A DNA stretch of 64,000 nucleotides, taken from positions 6,346,101-6,410,100 of the forward strand of contig NC_092677.1 of the NCBI RefSeq assembly GCF_964355755.1. The letters are read 5' to 3'. Below are positions 60,321-64,000 of the stretch, piece by piece. The position numbers and the translations under genes are program-made. Origin of the DNA: Antedon mediterranea. Lineage: Eukaryota > Animalia > Echinodermata. Under the pieces are notes generated by a model. It was not told where the DNA came from, searched no databases, and saw nothing but the letters and a program-made list of their open reading frames with translations. Every line of letters begins with the position of its first letter. The first letter of the stretch is position 1.

Positions 60321-62024
60321 AACGATTAAAACGCTGCATAGAGATACATTAAAAAAAAAACAATATGCGACAAAAAGAAAACAATAAAAATAAATGTATG
60401 TATTTTTATAAATATATTTACTCTCTTTATAGTTATGGTAAATATTTCGAGTGGATGCACTCTTTTTGTGTGTAAAAAAAAATAATAAATAAAAATATTT
60501 ACACTTGAAACCTACTCTAGAAAGAGTGAAATTAAAATGTAGGGCCTACTATACTAATCTAACACAGATTATACATTACGTATGTGTATATTTTTCAATC
60601 TACGGCATGGTTTAAACCTCCAAGAATTACATTTGAGCATGTAGGCCTACTTTTATTTTCACGGCGATTTCTAGATCAGTTGGAATAATTTTATTTTGAG
60701 GCATGTGTAACCAAATTATGTTTGCAGCCACAGCAGTAAATTAAAAGTCGATGCGCCCAAAACCAAAAAGCGCAATCGAAAAAAATTAAGGGAGGTTACC
60801 GTAACAGATATATTTTATAGTTTTAGTTTAATCGGGAAAGCTCTGGTTTATTTGTTTATGTAATAACGTCCGATTTGTAATTATTAGTTATAATAATAAT
60901 AGGAACCGTTCATAATTTGTATCGTTCGCAATGTACGGGATTGTCCGTACTTTATCCTTCAACCAGAACAAAAATCCAGCTAAAATGATTTCTTTTATTG
61001 CAATTCGTGATGTCTTTATTTGCTTGTCGTCTATATTCATGACGATTTATGTTAGTCCTTTGAGAAACAATGTCGTATAACATTAAAGTACAATAGTGTT
61101 CATACCTTGGCCGATGTGTATGTACGTTTACTTTATCGACCCATTCTTTTTATTTCTTGTCTTTATATAAAAAAACAACAACGTTAAACCATTCAGACCA
61201 CATTTGTCATTTTGCTGGATCGTATTGCTGCTGTTGTCATATCAGCATATCAACAGATACAGTAAATCATGCAAAAGTCGTTGGTAAAACAGTTTTACCT
61301 GATTTGCCAATTTCGTGCGCCGGTCGCATGTTGTATAACCTCATGCCCTGAATTGCGCGGCGCAATTTCGTGCACGATAATTGGATAAACCGATGACCAA
61401 TTAAAATTAGAGGGTTGTTACACTTGTATGCGCTCTACCTAGCTAACCATGTGATACTTTTATATCTATTCGAATCATGAGTAGGCCCGTGAGGAGGCCT
61501 ACAGACTACTTGCTTCACTTATCGTGTTCGTCTTTATACCGCGTAAGAAACAATATTCCATACCTTGTATAAGAAAAAAAAATTATTTTAAAATTGTAAT
61601 AATAGAGAATTGCTTACTTACCTGTATGATGTGTCATGTATATTTAATATTCTGCCTTTAAATTGGTCGCTTCAACTAGCTTCAACTTTATATAATACTT
61701 ATGATTAGACTCGCTGTACATCTGTTATACAATGACAAACTCAATAAAGTATGTGATCAAACCCATCTGTGCATGCGTTACACATTTATCGTCTGATCGT
61801 GGGCGGGGCTTAGATTTCAAGTGAAGAGAAATCCAGTCTATCATCGCTGGGGATTATTAATATTATACTCGTTTATTAGGTATTTCAATATTGTTGTTGT
61901 TTGGTTTACCTTACAGTACGTAGTGGGATACAGCAACCACATAGTTTAATTGGGAATAATCAATCATTCGCAATAATAATTGAGTACCATAGAAACATTG
62001 GAGCTATTATGTAACACATTTAGT

Positions 62025-62211
62025 TATTTAAGTCAATCCGACACAAAATGCGGACGGACGGGCTGTTTCCGCTCAGGATATACATTATTTAGGTCAATCT
62101 GAGACAAAATGAGGACGGACGGGCTGTTTCCGCTCTGGATATACATTATTTAGGTCAATCTGACACAAAATGAGGACGGACGGGCGGTTTCCGCTCAGGA
62201 TATACATTATT
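62025..62211. repeat. 61-bp tandem repeat, 3 copies
   Basis: GTCAATC.GA.ACAAAATG.GGACGGACGGGC.GTTTCCGCTC.GGATATACATTATT starts at 62032, 62093 and 62154. Confidence 0.92.
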
Positions 62212-62677
62212 CAAGGTGGGACAAGTTATATAAGTGATTTTCCGCTTGCCGTTCCCGCTCGTCTGTGTAAATTGCCCTTTTGTAGTTTCCTAATTTTATC
62301 CGTTTCCAAGAAATAAAGAGCATGTAAAAATGACCGTCATAAAACCATCACGACAATGTTCTATTTTCATTCTTTTTATAATAATGAAATGTTAATATGT
62401 TTTCGATTAATTGAATCGTGTAGTTATTAATTATCGTCGATGTTATCATTCATTTACCTAAATTTAGAATCACTTAAAGTTAAGGCCAAGTTGTTACATC
62501 AAGATGCAAGACAACGGTGCTTTAAATACGATTCAGTATAACACAAGATTTGTAAGTGCTGTGTTCCACGGTAATGTTTCATGGTATCATCTCTAGAGAC
62601 AGTAAACAGTGCGTGTCTTCTTAGGCCTACAGCAAATTGATTCCATGTCCTGACATACAGTATAGTCAATTATTCAT

Positions 62678-62763
62678 AGTGCTTCGGCTCTTAGTGCTTC
62701 GGCTCTTAGTGCTTCAGCTCTTAGTGCTTTTGGCTCTTAGTGCTTCGGCTCTTAGTGCTTCGG
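62678..62763. repeat. 15-bp minisatellite (AGTGCTTCGGCTCTT), about 5.7 copies
   Basis: Directly visible tandem units. Confidence 0.92.
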
Positions 62764-63774
62764 TTTTCCAGTTAATACACCTTAGTTTAAATCCCAACGT
62801 GGACGTTTCAATTTAGTCGCAACTCTACAGCTCATGTCGGTCGGTTGGTCAGTCGGTATATCATACTAACTCACATTTTAGAACGTGACTGTATATGGCC
62901 CATTTTTCATATCGTCGAGTCACGGACTATTTATAGGCTAGTTTAAGTTAATGTGTATGTGACATGTATCTGTTGCTGACAACATACACGATACGGCATA
63001 ATGTTTATCGTCACTAGATATGATACAGTAGGAGAACTGGCTGCAATATGTTATTGCTAACTAAAAGATAGGTAAAGATAGATGATACAGATACCCATGA
63101 TCAATTTCTCTCGACATATTTATTACATCATCAATACATTCCTTATAATGAGAACTCGTTTCCCGTGAAATTAATACCAAAATAAAATGTTCCTACGTCA
63201 CTAATAATAAACATAATATTGATTGTAGATCAAGAGTTTATAGACCCTAATGGAAAAGCTTATTGTTGTACAGTAGTATTTTAAGTCCTAATTCGCTTGA
63301 CTTTGCTACCGGAAAACAGTTATCGTTAGTAGTAGCAAAATTAAAGTTTACAGTTACATTTTCAGTTAAAACTTGAGCACCAAGAATAAATAGATTTAAC
63401 ATACATGCATTTAACATTGTATTATCTTCATTCTAAGAGTTCCCTTTTGAGAAAAATGCGCGTAAAAAATAACGATAATCAATATTGTAAGCTGTTTGCA
63501 ATAAAATCGTTTAAATTTAATAATGATTTATTGTTGGTTTTATTCATATGCTAATTTAAACGCTGAAGGTCAGTCGCAGTTTAAAAGCATAAAAATAATA
63601 TCAATACAATAACTATAATTAAAATACACCCGTTTCTCAATATATGTCTTCAGTATCATAGGAATGATCGATAATACAGCATCACATGTTTTTCACATGT
63701 GACCTTCATGATCATATGAGATGCTGATTACCGAATGATTATTCCGAAGATACTGAGCAAATACATTATTGCCG

Positions 63775-64000
63775 TATGAGCTCCGGAGATGAAAGGGTTT
63801 ATCTGTGACTGTGACACGATCTGTTTTACGTCCTTAAATCTTGGTTCCCAATATTGACGCAGCGCAATGACGTAACTCAAGCGATGGATTATTCGAACAG
63901 TCGCTTGTCATTCCAACTCGCTTGCTTTGCGTCTTAGTGGGAACCAAGCTCCGCAGAGAGTACATTAGGTATATTTGTATTTGTCGCAGCCAGACATAAG
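63775..64000. mobile_element. CAAGGCAATC-family MITE containing a nested GGTTCCCACTAG-family MITE (63838-63950)
   Basis: The host sequence ...ACACGATCTGTTTTACGTCCTTAA is interrupted by ATCTTGGTTCCCA...GTGGGAACCAAGCT and resumes CCGCAGAGAG...TCGCAGCCAGACATAAG. Confidence 0.7.

Overview
This is AT-rich, intron-containing animal genomic DNA. The repeat content and genes suggest a marine invertebrate deuterostome such as an echinoderm (inference). Two intact genes are supported: a 12-exon trehalase (+, 9302-14139, about 585 aa, signal peptide and GPI-type tail) and a bombesin/CCHamide-family GPCR with an intronless CDS (-, 34874-36004). There is also an apparently functional U6 snRNA gene (21196-21301) and a frameshifted, truncated sulfotransferase-like gene fragment (-, about 7518-8028). 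The rest is non-coding and dense with non-autonomous mobile DNA: a Helitron, a Mutator-like foldback element with a 9-bp TSD, P-, Harbinger- and IS3EU-like MITEs, three SINE types, LINE remnants and several minisatellites. The most unusual region is 45.76-47.37 kb. It is a (TA)n-anchored mosaic containing a minimal hammerhead ribozyme in a duplicated Penelope-like module, a 72-nt tRNA cloverleaf with an ATC anticodon inside a dispersed repeat, and inverted duplications including a perfect palindrome. All calls were made by eye; no database searches were run.
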